From: Octopus vulgaris | Lineage: Eukaryota | Direction: 5' to 3' | Length of the DNA: 64,000 nucleotides | Assembly (NCBI GenBank): GCA_951406725.2 | Contig: OX597827.1 | Coordinates: 61,318,001-61,382,000, forward strand | In this document: in pieces, positions 26,871-39,555 of the stretch | How positions within the stretch are numbered: the first letter of the stretch is position 1 | Layout of the letters: every line of letters starts with the position of its first letter | Made by a program: the position numbers and the translations under genes | The notes under the pieces: model-generated | Told to the model about the DNA's origin: nothing | Seen by the model: only the letters and a program-made list of their open reading frames with translations | Databases searched by the model: none

Positions 26871-27481
26871 TTTTATAAAACTTTCTGCATTGTCAGAAAC
26901 TTTCTGTTTTCTCTATTTTTTTTACCTTTTTCAATATTACAATGCTTCAAGCAAACTACACTAGTCATATTGTCCAACATTACAAGCTGAATTTTTCAGA
27001 ACAAAATTTACAGCCAAAAGAAATGTAAGTTGACTTATACAGCAAGACAACTTTGGAAGGACAAAAATTCCATGTGAAATGTAGCAGGATTTCAAAAGAT
27101 AATCATCATCATCATCATTTAACGTCCGCTTTCCATGCTGGCATGGGTTGGACGGTTCAACTGGGGTCTGAGAAGCCCAAAGGCTGCACCATCCCAGTCA
27201 GATCTGGCAGTGTTTCTACAGCTGGATGCCCTTCCTAACGCCAACCACTCCGTGAGTGTAGTGGGTGCTTTTTACGTGCCACCAACACAGATGCCAGATG
27301 AGGCTGGCGAACGGCCACGCTCGGATGGTGCTTTTTACGTGCCACCGGCATGGAGGCCAGGCGAGGCTGGCAACGGCCACGATCGGATGGTGTTTGTTAT
27401 GTACATAATGACAATGTTTGAATATCTATACGACATGTTTATACTATATATTACATCAACTTGTAGGCCAAAAATACAGTA

Positions 27482-27698
27482 TGAAGAGGTGTAGAAAAGT
27501 TCCTGGCTCTGGGTAAAAGAAAATACAGTAGGATCAGTTAATTATGATTTTATTCAACATACTCCCCGCTCAGATTCACACACTTATCGCAGTGGTCCTT
27601 CAGTTTTTCTAAGCCCTGTAAAAGAACTTGGAAGGTTGGGCCCCTAACCAGGCCTTTTGTGATACCCTTAAAGCCAGGAACTTTTCAGCCCCCCCTCG
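27482..27698 (-). mobile_element. Mariner-derived MITE (~215 bp); other copies ~10062-10253 and ~42394-43075 (interrupted)
   Basis: Imperfect TIRs of type CGAGGGGGGGCTGAAAAGTTCCTGGCT. Interior retains a transposase C-terminus (GLEKLKDHC.KCVNL.G.YVE*). Confidence 0.8.
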
Positions 27699-28500
27699 TT
27701 TATATAAGAATTTGTTATTTTTAAGACAATTCAGAACTGATTTGAGATTGCGGTTGATATTTCTTGCTCATTGAATGATCTGAAGTGGTTTTTTTCTTCC
27801 TTGATTTTTGCTTCTGTTGCTGTTGTTGTTGTGGATATTTTGTAGTTTTGTCATTTATCAAGCCATTTTCAAATAACCTTTTCAAGGAAAATAAACAAAC
27901 TATAGCACTATCACCATAAGCATCATCATCATCATCATCATCATGAACAGCAACATTATATTACAACTACACCACCACTACCACCACCACCACCACCACC
28001 ACCACCACCACCACCACTGACAGCTGATATTTTGAAGATGTGTTGACAGAAATGATTGCCATGGTAACTAGTATTTTGACGTGTTAGGTGGCATTTGTAG
28101 AACCAACGCTTAGCTTAACAGACAACAACAAGAGCAATAATGACAGCAACAAAAACTTCAAAAAATATAGTAATAATAATGATAGCAAATACAACAAACA
28201 CCTCTTCAACAACAACTATAAAACTAATGACCGCACTGATGACAACAACAACTACTACAACTATGACCTTAACCACAATAACAACAACAATTACAAGAAA
28301 ATCATCTCTTATACTCTTTTAATTGTTTCAGTCATTTGACTGTGGCTATGCTGGAGCACCGCCTTTAGTCGAGCAAATCGACCCCAGGACTTATTCTTTG
28401 TAAGCCTAGTACTTATTCTATCGGTCTCTTTTGCCGAACCGCTAAGTTACGGGGATGTAAACACATCAGCATTGGTTGTCAAGTGATGTTGGGGGGACAA

Positions 28501-28618
<118 letters not shown>

Positions 28619-29667
28619 AAAACATATATATATATATGCCTCGTCTGGCACCTGTGTCGGTGGCACATAAAAAACACCATCCAAGCGTGGCCGTCTGCCA
28701 GCCTCGTCTGGCACCTGTGATACATATATACGATGGGTTTCTTTCAGTTTACGTCTACCAAATCCACTCACAAGGCTTTGGTCGGCCCGAGGCTATAGTA
28801 GAAGACACTTGCCCAAAGTGCCACGCAGTGGGACTGAACCCAGAACCATGTGGTTGGTAAGCAAGCTACTTACCACTCCTTATGGTAAGGCAGCAAGCTG
28901 GCAGAAACGTTAGCACACCAGGAGAAATGCTTAGCATCAATAAAAATAATAACAACAACCAGGTGGTTATGAAGCAATTCTCAGTTTAGTGTTAACTTTA
29001 AAGATTTTCTGAGTTCAAACTCACCCTGGGTCAACCTCATCTATTCTCTTCCTGGGGTTGCCAAAAGGGCTGTCATACTTGACTGTACCTACACATGTAA
29101 GTGAGGCTGTCTTATCTCAATCAGAAATCCTTACTATGATGGTGGTGGTGGTGGTGTGGTGAGGGTGATGGTTGTGGTGAGGGTGATGGTTGTGGCATGG
29201 ATGAGGGTGATGGTGGTGGTGGCAATAGTGGTGGTAGTGGTGGTGGTGGTGAAGGTAGCTATGGTTGTCATGGCAATGGATGATAAAGCAATGAATAAAA
29301 AAAAAACACTTGTGGTATTTAATAGTTTAATAGTCTGCCGCTACGTTCTGAGTTCAAATTCCGCCGAGGTCGACTTTGCCTTTCATCCTTTCGGGGTTGA
29401 TTAAATAAGTACCAGTTACGCACTGGGATCGATCTAATCGACATAATCCGTTTGTCTGTCCTTGTTTGTCCTCTCTGTGTTTAGCCCCTTGTGGGTAGTA
29501 AAGAAATACGTATTTAATAGTTTTCCTTTGCATTTGAGTTCAAATCCTGCTAACATTGTTTATACTTTTCATCTTTCTGATGGTCATTAACATAAGTATT
29601 TAGAGACCAAAGGTAAGGTTCAAATGACTATACACTCCCTGAAATTTGTGGTCTTGTGTATATAAAA

Positions 29668-30660
29668 GATACCATTATAAGGGGGATAGTGGATGACAGT
29701 GAGAAACCATTGTGTGAAGGGTGGTGGAGGAAAATAAGAAACCATTATGAAGAGGGTAGTGGAGGACAGTAAAAAAGCCATTGGAGAAAGGTGGTGGAAG
29801 GCAGTAAGAAACCATCATGAAGAGGGTGGTGGAGGACAATAGGATCATTGTGAGAAGGGTGTTGAGGAACAGTACGAAACCAGTAAGAAATCATTATGGT
29901 GAAAATGGATTGTAGGAAACCATTATGAGAAGGTTGGTGGGGAACTGTAAGAGAGCATTCTTTTCTTTTCTACTCTAGGCACGAGGCCCGAAATTTTGGG
30001 GGAGGGGGGCAGTCAATTAGATTGACCCCAGTACACAACTGATACTTAATTTATCAACCCCGAAAGGATGAAAGGCAAAGTGAACCTCAGTGAAATTTAA
30101 ACTCAGACGAAATACCTATTTCTTTACTACCCACAAGGGGCTAAACACAGAGGGGACAAACAAGGACAGACACACGGATTAAGTTGATTACATCGACCCC
30201 AGTGCGTAACTGGTACTTATTTAATCGACCCCGAAAGGATGAAAGGCAAAGTTGACCTCGGCGGAATTTGAACTCAGAACGTAACGGCAGACGAAATACC
30301 TATTTCTTTATTACCCACAAGGGGCTAAACACAGAGGGGACAAACAAGGACAGACAAACGGATTAAGTCGATTATATCGACCCCAGTGCATAACTGGTAC
30401 TTATTTAATCGATCCCGAAAGGATGAAAGGCAAAGTCGACCTCGGCGGAATTTGAACTCAGAACGTAATGGCAGACGAAATACCGCTAAGCATTTCGCCC
30501 GGCGTGCTAACGTTTCTGCCAGCTTGCTGCCTTACCATAAGAAATCATTGAAAGGAGAATGATGGAGAGTAAGAAACCATTGTGAGGAGGGTGGTGGGGA
30601 CAGTAAGAAATCCTTGTGAAGATGGAGAATAAGAAACCGTTGTAAGGAGAGTGGTGAATG
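29668..30660. repeat. Degenerate ~33-bp purine-rich minisatellite (AGAAACCATTGTGAAGAGGGTGGTGGAGGACAGTA-like), split by the SINE at 29960-30535
   Basis: Recurring AAACCATT.TGA..AGGGT.GTGG units on both sides of the SINE. Confidence 0.75.
29960..30535 (-). mobile_element. Meta-type SINE with ~180-bp internal unit triplicated; same architecture at ~21405-21985
   Basis: Three direct copies of ...CCGAAAGGATGAAAGGCAAAGT.GACCTCGGCGGAATTTGAACTCAGA... behind a single tRNA head. Confidence 0.85.
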
Positions 30661-31047
30661 ACAAATCACTAGAGCAATGGACGAAGTGCTTTGCAGCATT
30701 TAGTTAAAACTCTTAACTCTTATGTTCCAAGTTCAAATCCTGACAAAGTCATGTGCATATGTGCTAGTGCATCTGTGTGTTTGCGTATATTTGTGTATGT
30801 GTGTATAATATTTTGCATGTGTGTATGTGTGCATGTGTATCTACTTGAGTGTCTTTGCATGTATAAACATGTATAAACATGTATAAACATGTGTAAGTCT
30901 GTCTGCATTTTTATATGTGTGTATATTTGTGTATACATTTTTACGTGTGTGTGTGTGTCTGAAAAAAGTGTGCATATGTGCTCACATGGATGGATGTGTG
31001 TGTGTGTGCGTGTGCATCCATGTGTAAAATATAAAAACTGTGCTTAC

Positions 31048-31109
31048 CTTTGTGACCAACTCATTGTTCACCAAATAGCTGACCAGATTACGACCTATAA
31101 ATCCGGTAC
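31048..31109 (-). CDS. Coding exon (probably exon 2) of an extended-SDR NAD-dependent epimerase/dehydratase, CG5854-like: (G)TGFIGRNLVSYLVNNELVTK
   Basis: Minus strand reads ...tctcattacag|GTACCGGATTTATAGGT...GTCACAAAG|gtaagc. 62 nt, phase 1 to 0. Carries the Rossmann G-T-G-F-I-G motif, whose first Gly must come from an upstream exon. Confidence 0.93.
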
Positions 31110-31600
31110 CTGTAATGAGAAAATAAGAAGAACCATGACAATAGCAATAACTATGAACACAGCGATAAGCAGTCATTTGGTTTGCTAGAAATAACAGTCA
31201 ATTCTCCCACAAATGATACCCTAACATATGAATCACCAAAAGAAGGACACACTGAACAATAGATGACATGTAAACATGGTACCTGGAATGAAAAATAAGA
31301 GAACAAAAATAATAATAACGACAAGCTTAGACAGTATGCAGCCATTTGGTTTGCTAGAAATAACAGTCAATTCTCCCACAAATGATACCCTAACATATGA
31401 ATCATCAAAAGAAGGACACACTGAACAATAGTTGACATGTAAACCTGGTACCTAGAATGAAAAATAAGAGAACAAAAATAATAATAACGACAAGCTTAGA
31501 CAGTATGCAGCCATTTGGTTTGCTAGAAATAACAGTCAAATCTCCCTCAGATGAAACCCTAATGTACAAATCAAAGGAAGAACATACTGAACAATAATGT
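31105..31600. repeat. ~170-bp tandem triplication overlapping the acceptor of the 31 kb exon
   Basis: GGTACCT..AATGA.AAATAAG recurs at 31105, 31278 and 31447. CATTTGGTTTGCTAGAAATAACAGTCAA also recurs three times. Confidence 0.9.
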
Positions 31601-31854
31601 AGTCTGAGCTGCACACTGCTGGAAAAAATGATGTGATGATCACAGCTTGAACCTTCTGAAAACAAATTTGCTCAATCAGGATTGACCCAGGGCTAAACAA
31701 GCACAATAATTATAAGCGTGATTCCTAACATTGGTCCAAGGCCACAATTGATATCAACTCTCAATATATTACTGGTACTTATTTTAATTAATAAAGGGCA
31801 ATGACAGCTCAAGGGGGGTTTGAACTAAGAATGTCAAAGGACATAACAATATCA

Positions 31855-32665
31855 GTGTGCATGTGCAACAGAGTACTGGGGTATTGAGTGAGAAGTTGGG
31901 CATAAGAGGAATTAGATGCAGTGTGCAAGAGAGGAGACTGTGCTGGTTTGGTTATGTGATGAGGATGGATGGGGACAGCTGCACAAAGAAGTGTTGATCA
32001 CTTAGAGGGAAGTTGTGGAAAAGGGAAATCCAGGAGGAAGAATTAAAAGCCCATCTGAAAAGAAGGAGAGGATAGAGATATGTGACGTGTTGCTGTACTC
32101 AGGAAGACCAGTCCACTGTGGTGTATGCGGGAGATTTGAAATAAGGACACCTACCTTCTCTTCATCAATGCAGACCTCCCCAGCGGTAATGCACCCTTCC
32201 ATGTGGCCTGACCCGAACGCTAAAAATAGCAGCTGCTTTTCCCCTACCTTGAAAAGCGCTCACACATCCAGCTCTGTCGGCTACCCCAATCAAAAAGGTC
32301 CAATGCTCCCCTGCCTGCATGCGCGTCACTTCTCCCTTTCCTCTTCTGGGCAGCCCCAAGTTCTGGTCAGCTCACCCAGCTGCTGACGTAATCCCACATC
32401 CACCACAACAGAATCAATATCCTAAGTCCAAGCAGATGTAAAAAGCATTGATGTGGGTGTTAGTGCCATGTAAAAGCCACCCAGTGCACTCTGTAAAGTG
32501 GTTAGCATTAGGAAGGGCATCCAACTACAGAAACCAAATCAAAACAAACTATGGAACTTGCAGTGACTTGCCAGTTCCTGTCAAGCCATCCAACCTATGC
32601 CAGCATGGAAAACAGACAACAAATGTTGATGATGATGATGATGAGGATGATATTGATGATAATAA
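31855..32665 (+). mobile_element. RTE-clade LINE 3' end, interrupted by a ~300-bp GC-richer insert (~32110-32410)
   Basis: LSEKLGIRGIRCSVQERRLCWFGYVMRM (RLRWFGHV motif). The 3' UTR has taggaagggcatcc...ccagcatggaaa and a (GAT)n tail. Confidence 0.75.
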
Positions 32666-33905
32666 AACCTAAATATTACTAATCTCTTCCAAAGATGTCC
32701 TAGTAATAATAATTACAATTAAACAGTGGTTGGGCAGTTAAAAAACTTGCTTCCCAACCATGTAGTTGATTTCTTTATTGCTCACAAGGGGCTAAACATG
32801 GAGGGGACAAACAAGGACAGACAAAGGGATTAAGTCGATTACATCAACTCCAATGCATAACTGGTACTTTATTTATCAACCCCAAAAGGATGAAAGGCAA
32901 AGTTGACCTCGGCGGAATTTGAACTCAGAACATAACGGCAGATGAAATACTGCTAACCATTTCGCCCGGTGTGCTAACGTTTCTGCCAGCTCGCCACTTC
33001 CCAACCATGTAGTTTTGGGTTCGGTTTCACTGCATGGTACCTTAGAAAAATATCTTCTTCTTGAATCCCAAGCTAACAAAGGCCTTATGAGTGGATTTTG
33101 ATGAAGGAAATTATGTGGAAGCCCACCATTCGTATGTCCTATTGTATGTAAGCTCTATGTATGTGTGTGCATATGTGTGTTCTTGTCTTCAGATCACATG
33201 ATAGCTGTAAGCGTACCCATTCCTCAGTGAAAAACATGGCTGGCCATCAGGAAATGTTACCTGGCTTCGCAAAACAAGTGAGTGGGTGACAGGAAGGGCG
33301 TCTGGTTGTATAAATTATACCTTTATTTATACAGGAAAACATGGAAAAGTGGGCGCCTCTGGGTTCCTCATTCACTCACACATACATAAATTATACACGC
33401 ATTTTATCATAAACGCACGAACCAATTCTTCAAGAAAATACTTCTATCCCTCTCTCTTTCTGTCTATCTGTCTATCACACACACATACACACACACAGAT
33501 AAACACATACAGTGTTTATTTTATTTGCTTCCATCTCCACACAAAACCTCTCTTTCTCTCATCATACCCACATACATACTCTCTCTCTCTCTTTCACACA
33601 CACATGCATGTAGCTTCTTTTTCTCTTCCTCTTTCCTTCTCTTTCTATCACACAGTCTCTTTCTGTCTGTCTGTCTCTTTCTCCCTTGTGCTCTCTTTCT
33701 CTCTCTCTTTCACACACACACAGCTTCTTTTTCTTCCTCTACCTCTCCCTGTTTCTCCCCACAGTCTCTTTTCTCTTCCTCTTCCACAATCTTCCTGCCT
33801 CACACACAGACAGAGTTTCTCTCTCTTCCCCTCTCTTTCTCTGTCTCCTTTTCACAGACGGTCTCTGTCCCTCTCTTACTCTTCTCTTCTATTTATTTCT
33901 TTATC

Positions 33906-33967
<62 letters not shown>

Positions 33968-34207
33968 ACACACAAACACAGATTCTGAACAATCTCTTCA
34001 GTATTCAGTAACTAAGTGAAGCGAGTAATCCAGCTTCAAGGACATGCACTTGCACACACACACACACACACACACACAAGCAAACTTCTTAAACATACAC
34101 AGATGCAATCTCCATAATGCCTACACACATATACACACAAAAACATCAGACACATAATCAAATTTATACATACATTATATATATATACATACACAATATA
34201 TATATGC

Positions 34208-34249
<42 letters not shown>

Positions 34250-34440
34250 ATATTTATATATATATATAAATAATATATATATGCATATATACACAATATA
34301 TATATAAATAATATATATATACATATATACATAAATAATATATATATATATATACATATATACACAATATATGTATATATATATATATCATCATCATCAT
34401 CATCATCATTTAACGTCCGCTTCCCATGCTAGCATGGGTT

Positions 34441-34484
<44 letters not shown>

Positions 34485-34777
34485 TCTTTTACTCATTTCA
34501 GCCATGCGGCTGAGGTCATGCTGGAGCACCACAATGGTCTTTCTGACTTCCTCAGTCTGGGTGTTTCACATCACCACCCCTGTATGTGCCTTTTTCCCAG
34601 CTGTTGGTACATTTGATGTATAATTGAGTCTGATTCTGCTGCTCTTGTCTGTACCTCATGTTAGGCTGTTGGTTCAACCAGTATTGTGGAGAGGAGGATG
34701 TCTAATTCCTTTTTGAAGACATCTACTTCCACCTTATGCAAATTTCTTAATTTTTGTGGCAGGGCATTGAAAAGTTG

Positions 34778-35192
34778 TCATGGCGATACCTGCTCAGAGG
34801 CCTACAGAAAGTTGCAGAAAGTGTATGGAGAGGAGTGTATGAGCCGCACACAAGTGTACAAGTGGTCCAGACGTTTCCAAGATGATTGAAAAATGTCAAT
34901 ATTGATTAACGTTCTGGGAGACCCGCAACCAGCAGAACTGAGAAAAACAACACAGATGTGCATGCAGCTGTGAGGGTAGATCATTGAATCACCATCCATG
35001 TGTTATTAGATAGAGGATGTGCAGATTAATTATGGTTCAGTTTAGTCCATTATCACTGAAGATTTGGGTATGAGACGTATGTCTACCAAGTTTGTGCCAA
35101 AACTGCTATCAGCTGCCTACAAAGAGACTTGGGTTTCAGTTGCACAAGATCTCCTTGATTATGTTGAGAAATGATGAAAACTTTTTGAAAAC
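34778..35192 (+). mobile_element. Mariner transposase fragment (HTH region)
   Basis: GDTCSEAYRKLQKVYGEECMSRTQVYKWSRRFQD...IITEDLGMRRMSTKFVPKLLS. Confidence 0.85.
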
Positions 35193-35604
35193 TTCGCACA
35201 GGCGTAGGAGTGGCTGTGCGGTAAGTAGCTTGCTTATGAACCACATGGTTCTGGGTTCATTCCCACTGCGTGGCACCTTGGGCAAGTGTCTTCTACTATA
35301 GCCTCGGGCTGACCGAAGCCTTGTGAGTGGATTTGGTAGACAGAAACTGAAAGAAGCCCGTCATAAATATGTATGTGTGTGTGTGTGTGTGTGTTTGTGT
35401 GTGTCCCCAACATCGCTTGACAACCGATGCTGGTGTATATACATCCCCGTAACTTAGCAGTTCAGCAAAAGAGACTGATAGGATAAGTACTAGGCTTACA
35501 AAGAATAAGTCCTGGGGCCAATTTGCTCGACAAAAGGTGGTGCCCCAGCATGGCCACAGTCAAATGACTGAAACAAGTAAAAGAGTAAAGAGAGAGAGAG
35601 TAAT

Positions 35605-35873
35605 AGGCCTCTGAGCAGATATCACCAACCTTTTGGCAAAATTTGAAGCAGATTCTCTGCTCAACTTTCTCTGTCACAATCAATGCAAAGAACACACGCT
35701 ACACACCTTCATTCCAAGCACTGCTGTAAACAGAAGAAGTAAGACAGAACAGTTAAACTTAGTGTGTATGCACTGCAGAGTTCAAGGTCAATTTGAGCCA
35801 AGAAGCTTCACTCTGTGTGGTTTAGCTTCGTTACTATGGCAACAGTCTGGATACTTATTGATGAGACCATGCA
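35605..35873 (-). mobile_element. 5' end of the same mariner family, in inverted orientation
   Basis: VTEKVEQRICFKFCQKVGDICSEAY, with a TIR-like end near 35845-35873. Confidence 0.75.
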
Positions 35874-35959
35874 TGTATGAATGCATGTATGTATGTTAAT
35901 ATATAGATCCAATATGCGTAGAATCAATAAAGAAGTACTCTATCCAGTCAGAGATAAAT

Positions 35960-36180
35960 GTCAATTTAGTACACAATTACAAGAAAGATACAAATAGTTT
36001 CATGCTTTTATGATACTTAAAATTGGCAGATTTATAAAACACACCATGTATCTCCAAGCATGAACCAAGCCTGAAAGATTGCTTGGAGATGCATGGTGTG
36101 TTTTATAAATCTGCCAGCTTTAAGTATTGTAAAAACATGAAACTATTAATAGCTCTTTCGTAATTGTGTATTAAATTGAT
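35960..36180. repeat. Long inverted repeat (~100-bp arms, ~19-nt spacer)
   Basis: ...GGCAGATTTATAAAACACACCATGTATCTCCAAGCA pairs with TGCTTGGAGATGCATGGTGTGTTTTATAAATCTGCC... Confidence 0.9.
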
Positions 36181-36293
36181 GTGTGTGTGTGCATGTGTGT
36201 GTGTGTGCATGTGTGTGTGTGTGTGCATGTGTGTTTTAAATACTTTTTTTAAAGCCAAAACGATGCAAGTTATATCAAATTTATAATTTATAT

Positions 36294-36478
36294 AGGCATA
36301 GGAGTGGCTGTGTGGTAAGTAGCTTGCTTACCAACCACATGATTCCGGGTTCAGTCCCACTGCGTGGCACCTTGGGCAAGTGTCTTCTGCTATAGCCTCG
36401 GGTCGACTAATGCTTTGTGAGTGGATTTGGTAGATGGAAACTGAAAGAAACCCGTCGTATATATATATATATATAGAT

Positions 36479-36524
<46 letters not shown>

Positions 36525-36726
36525 ATAAGTGTTTGTGTGTCTGTGTTTGTCCCCTACCAACATCGCTTGACAACCGATGCTGGTGTGTTTACGTCCCCGT
36601 AAAAAGAGTTGGATAGAATAAGTACTAGGCTTACAAAGAATAAGTCCTAAGGTCGATTTGCTTGACTAAATGCGGAGCTCCAGCATGGCCACAGTCAAAT
36701 GACTGAAACAAGTAAAAGAGTAAAAG
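36294..36726 (+). mobile_element. tRNA-derived CORE-type SINE (representative copy)
   Basis: A box TGGCTGTGTGG, B box GGTTCAGTCC, CORE-like GTGGCACCTTGGGCAAGTG, internal (TA)/(GT) tract, tail GACTGAAACAAGTAAAAGAG. Other copies: ~5940-6360(-), 6370-6800(-), 9935-10530(+), 18375-18915(+), 25560-25955(+), 28305-28875(-), 35200-35590(+), 38090-38520(+), 45480-45880(+), 50978-51388(-), 55355-55730(+), 62650-63063(-), 63955-64000(+). Confidence 0.88.
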
Positions 36727-37201
36727 ATTACAGGTCAATAGTTTGTACTATTACCTGGTATTTCAAAATTTCAGGGAAATCTATAGAGAAATGATGCTAA
36801 TAGCTGACGTATCTAGGCTAACTAAGAGCCTGAAAAGAAGCAAGGATGCTTAGAACAAACATATGAAAATGCTTTGGACAAGCAAAGGATAAATATCATG
36901 TCATGGCCAGAATGTCATAGAGATTTTGCTCAGAATTTTTTTCTTTTTTCCTTATGACCCAGACTGACCTGGAGTTGAAACATTACCAATGACACAAGGA
37001 CACTTGAATAACCATTTCTATAAGCAACAGCAGCAACAACAGATACAAAGATCTTAGATTTGATGTTGGCAGATTCTGAGACACAATATGACATCAACAG
37101 AGAATTCTTAAGTAGGTGACACAAATAGAAACACTTAGCTCATACACAGATTCTCACATTCACACACATACAGACAGATGTGTTTATACACACACACACA
37201 C

Positions 37202-37264
<63 letters not shown>

Positions 37265-37377
37265 ATACACATTCACATGTGTTTATATATGTGTGTGTGT
37301 GTGTATATATATATATACACTGGCAGTATCCCAGCATGGCCACCGCCTCAGAACTGAAACATGTGAAAGAATAAAAT

Positions 37378-37387
37378 AATAGATAGA

Positions 37388-37423
<36 letters not shown>

Positions 37424-37463
37424 TAGATAGATAGATAGATAGATAGACTGACAGACAGATAGG

Positions 37464-37539
<76 letters not shown>

Positions 37540-37545
37540 CTGACT

Positions 37546-37591
<46 letters not shown>

Positions 37592-37602
37592 TAGATAGAT
37601 AG
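37378..37602. repeat. (GATA)n/(GACA)n tetranucleotide array
   Basis: Directly visible. Confidence 0.95.
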
Positions 37603-37730
37603 CTATATATATACATGCATTCACACAGACATACACACAAATGTGCATCTATAAATAAATATACAAACACAGACACAAATACACACACATATGCATATGA
37701 AACAGATGTCTCTCTGTTTAGTTGTCTCTC

Positions 37731-37775
<45 letters not shown>

Positions 37776-38223
37776 ATACACACTTTCTCTGTCAAACACA
37801 CATGTGCACTTAATCATAGATTGTATTTATAAATACACACATAAACAAACATACCTACATAACAATTTGCTATTACACCAGCATACATATAAACACTATA
37901 AACACACGCATATATATGCACTGGAGGACATGGTTTATAAAAAGTGGTGCATTCTGGGTTGCCATATATTTTCTCAACAGAAATCAGTGGCACACAAGAA
38001 CCACATCCCCATCACACACACACACACACACACACATAACAAAGCAGCATGAACTAACATCATTTCATATATATATATATATATATATACGACTGTGTGG
38101 TAAGAAGATTGCTTCCCAACCATATGGTTCCAGGTTCAGTCCCACTGAGTGGCACCTTGGGCCAACCAAATCCTTGTGAGTGGATTTGGTACACAGGAAC
38201 TGAAAGCAGCCCATTGTGTGTGT

Positions 38224-38274
<51 letters not shown>

Positions 38275-38948
38275 TGTGTATGTTTGTGTGTGTATGTTTG
38301 TGTGTGTGTCCGTGTTTGTCCCCCCCCCCCCACCATCACTCGACAACCAATGTTGGTATGTTTTCGTCCCCGAAACTTAGCGGTTCAGCAAATGAGACCG
38401 ATAGAATAAGTACTAGGCTCCCAAAGAATAAGTCCTGGGGTCGATTTGCTCGACTAAATGCAGTGCTCCAGCATGGCCACAGTCAAATGACTGAAACAAG
38501 TAAAAGAGTCAAAGAGAAAGAATAAACTGTCAAATTTAGCTGAAACGCCCTCTATGTATCCGTACGTATGTATACACACACACATACACAAGGTCACAAA
38601 GTGGTAAACTTTGTAACTTACTGATTTTTCTCATTTAGCTGCAGTTCCTCTTTTATTTTATTGGCCTTGTCTTTCGGTATCATATAATCAATTTTATTCA
38701 TAGTTTTGACACATTGCAACACAATATATATATATTCATATATACACATAAAAAACGGTATACACATACATCACATATATACACACATATAAAAAAGATA
38801 CGTATACACATACATCATCACAAGCAGTATACAGATATATTATCAAATAAATATACTCACACACATGAAACAGTACACATACATACCATAACATAAACAC
38901 ACACACACATACATAACAAAACAGTATCTAGATATACTGTCACATATA

Positions 38949-39555
38949 CTGTAAATTCTCGAGTATAATCCGCATTTTTTTCCCAAAATTTAAAGGTCAA
39001 AATCCCTAGTGCGTACTATATACAAGGTTAAAAATGAAAAATATTTCCTTAGCAATGTCCGAGTCTCTATTTGCTGACCAGCAATGTTTATTCAGACACA
39101 TTTAGGGGGCTGTACCTCTGAAAAATCTAAACCTTGTGTATAATACGCACCCCTTCTCTAACTTGAGTCGTGCATAATTAAGCCAGCAGCACCTAGTCGA
39201 ACGCTTCTGCGCATGCGTAATACAATAATGGTGATGTTCTTAACTGTTATATGGGAATGTAAATTGTTTTTGTTACATGTTATTCTGTGTTCTGAATACT
39301 TTTATTTTAATAAATGTTGCTTACTGCAAGTTATGGATGATTCTTTTATGACTTCATTGCTTTTAGGTTTAGCTTAATGTATTTTCGCACCTGACATCAC
39401 AAAATGTGTCTGAAAAACATTGCCGGACAGCAAATAGAGACTCAGACATTGCTTAGAAAATATTTTTCATTTTTAACCTCGTATATAGTACGCACTAGGA
39501 ATTTTTACCTTTAAATTTTACGAAAAAAATGCAGATTATACTCGAGGATTTACAG
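38949..39555. mobile_element. TA-flanked MITE with ~155-bp terminal inverted repeats (Tc1/mariner-pogo type)
   Basis: TA|CTGTAAATTCTCGAGTATAATC...GATTATACTCGAGGATTTACAG|TA. Arms ~38949-39103 and ~39402-39555. Confidence 0.9.

Larger units (their letters stand above)
26680..26930. repeat. Inverted repeat (~110-bp arms) carrying two opposed hammerhead motifs
   Basis: TCTGACAAT.CAGAAAGTTTTATAAA...AAACAGTCTG pairs with CAGACTGTTT...TTTATAAAACTTTCTG.ATTGTCAGA. Confidence 0.9.

Noticed and set aside
29668-30660. CRISPR-like repeat array
   Set aside because: The repeats are degenerate and contiguous, with no unique spacers or cas genes, in a eukaryotic context.
35960-36180. Hammerhead within the 36 kb hairpin
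   Set aside because: GAAAC and a near-palindrome are present, but no correctly placed CTGANGA. Kept only as an inverted repeat.
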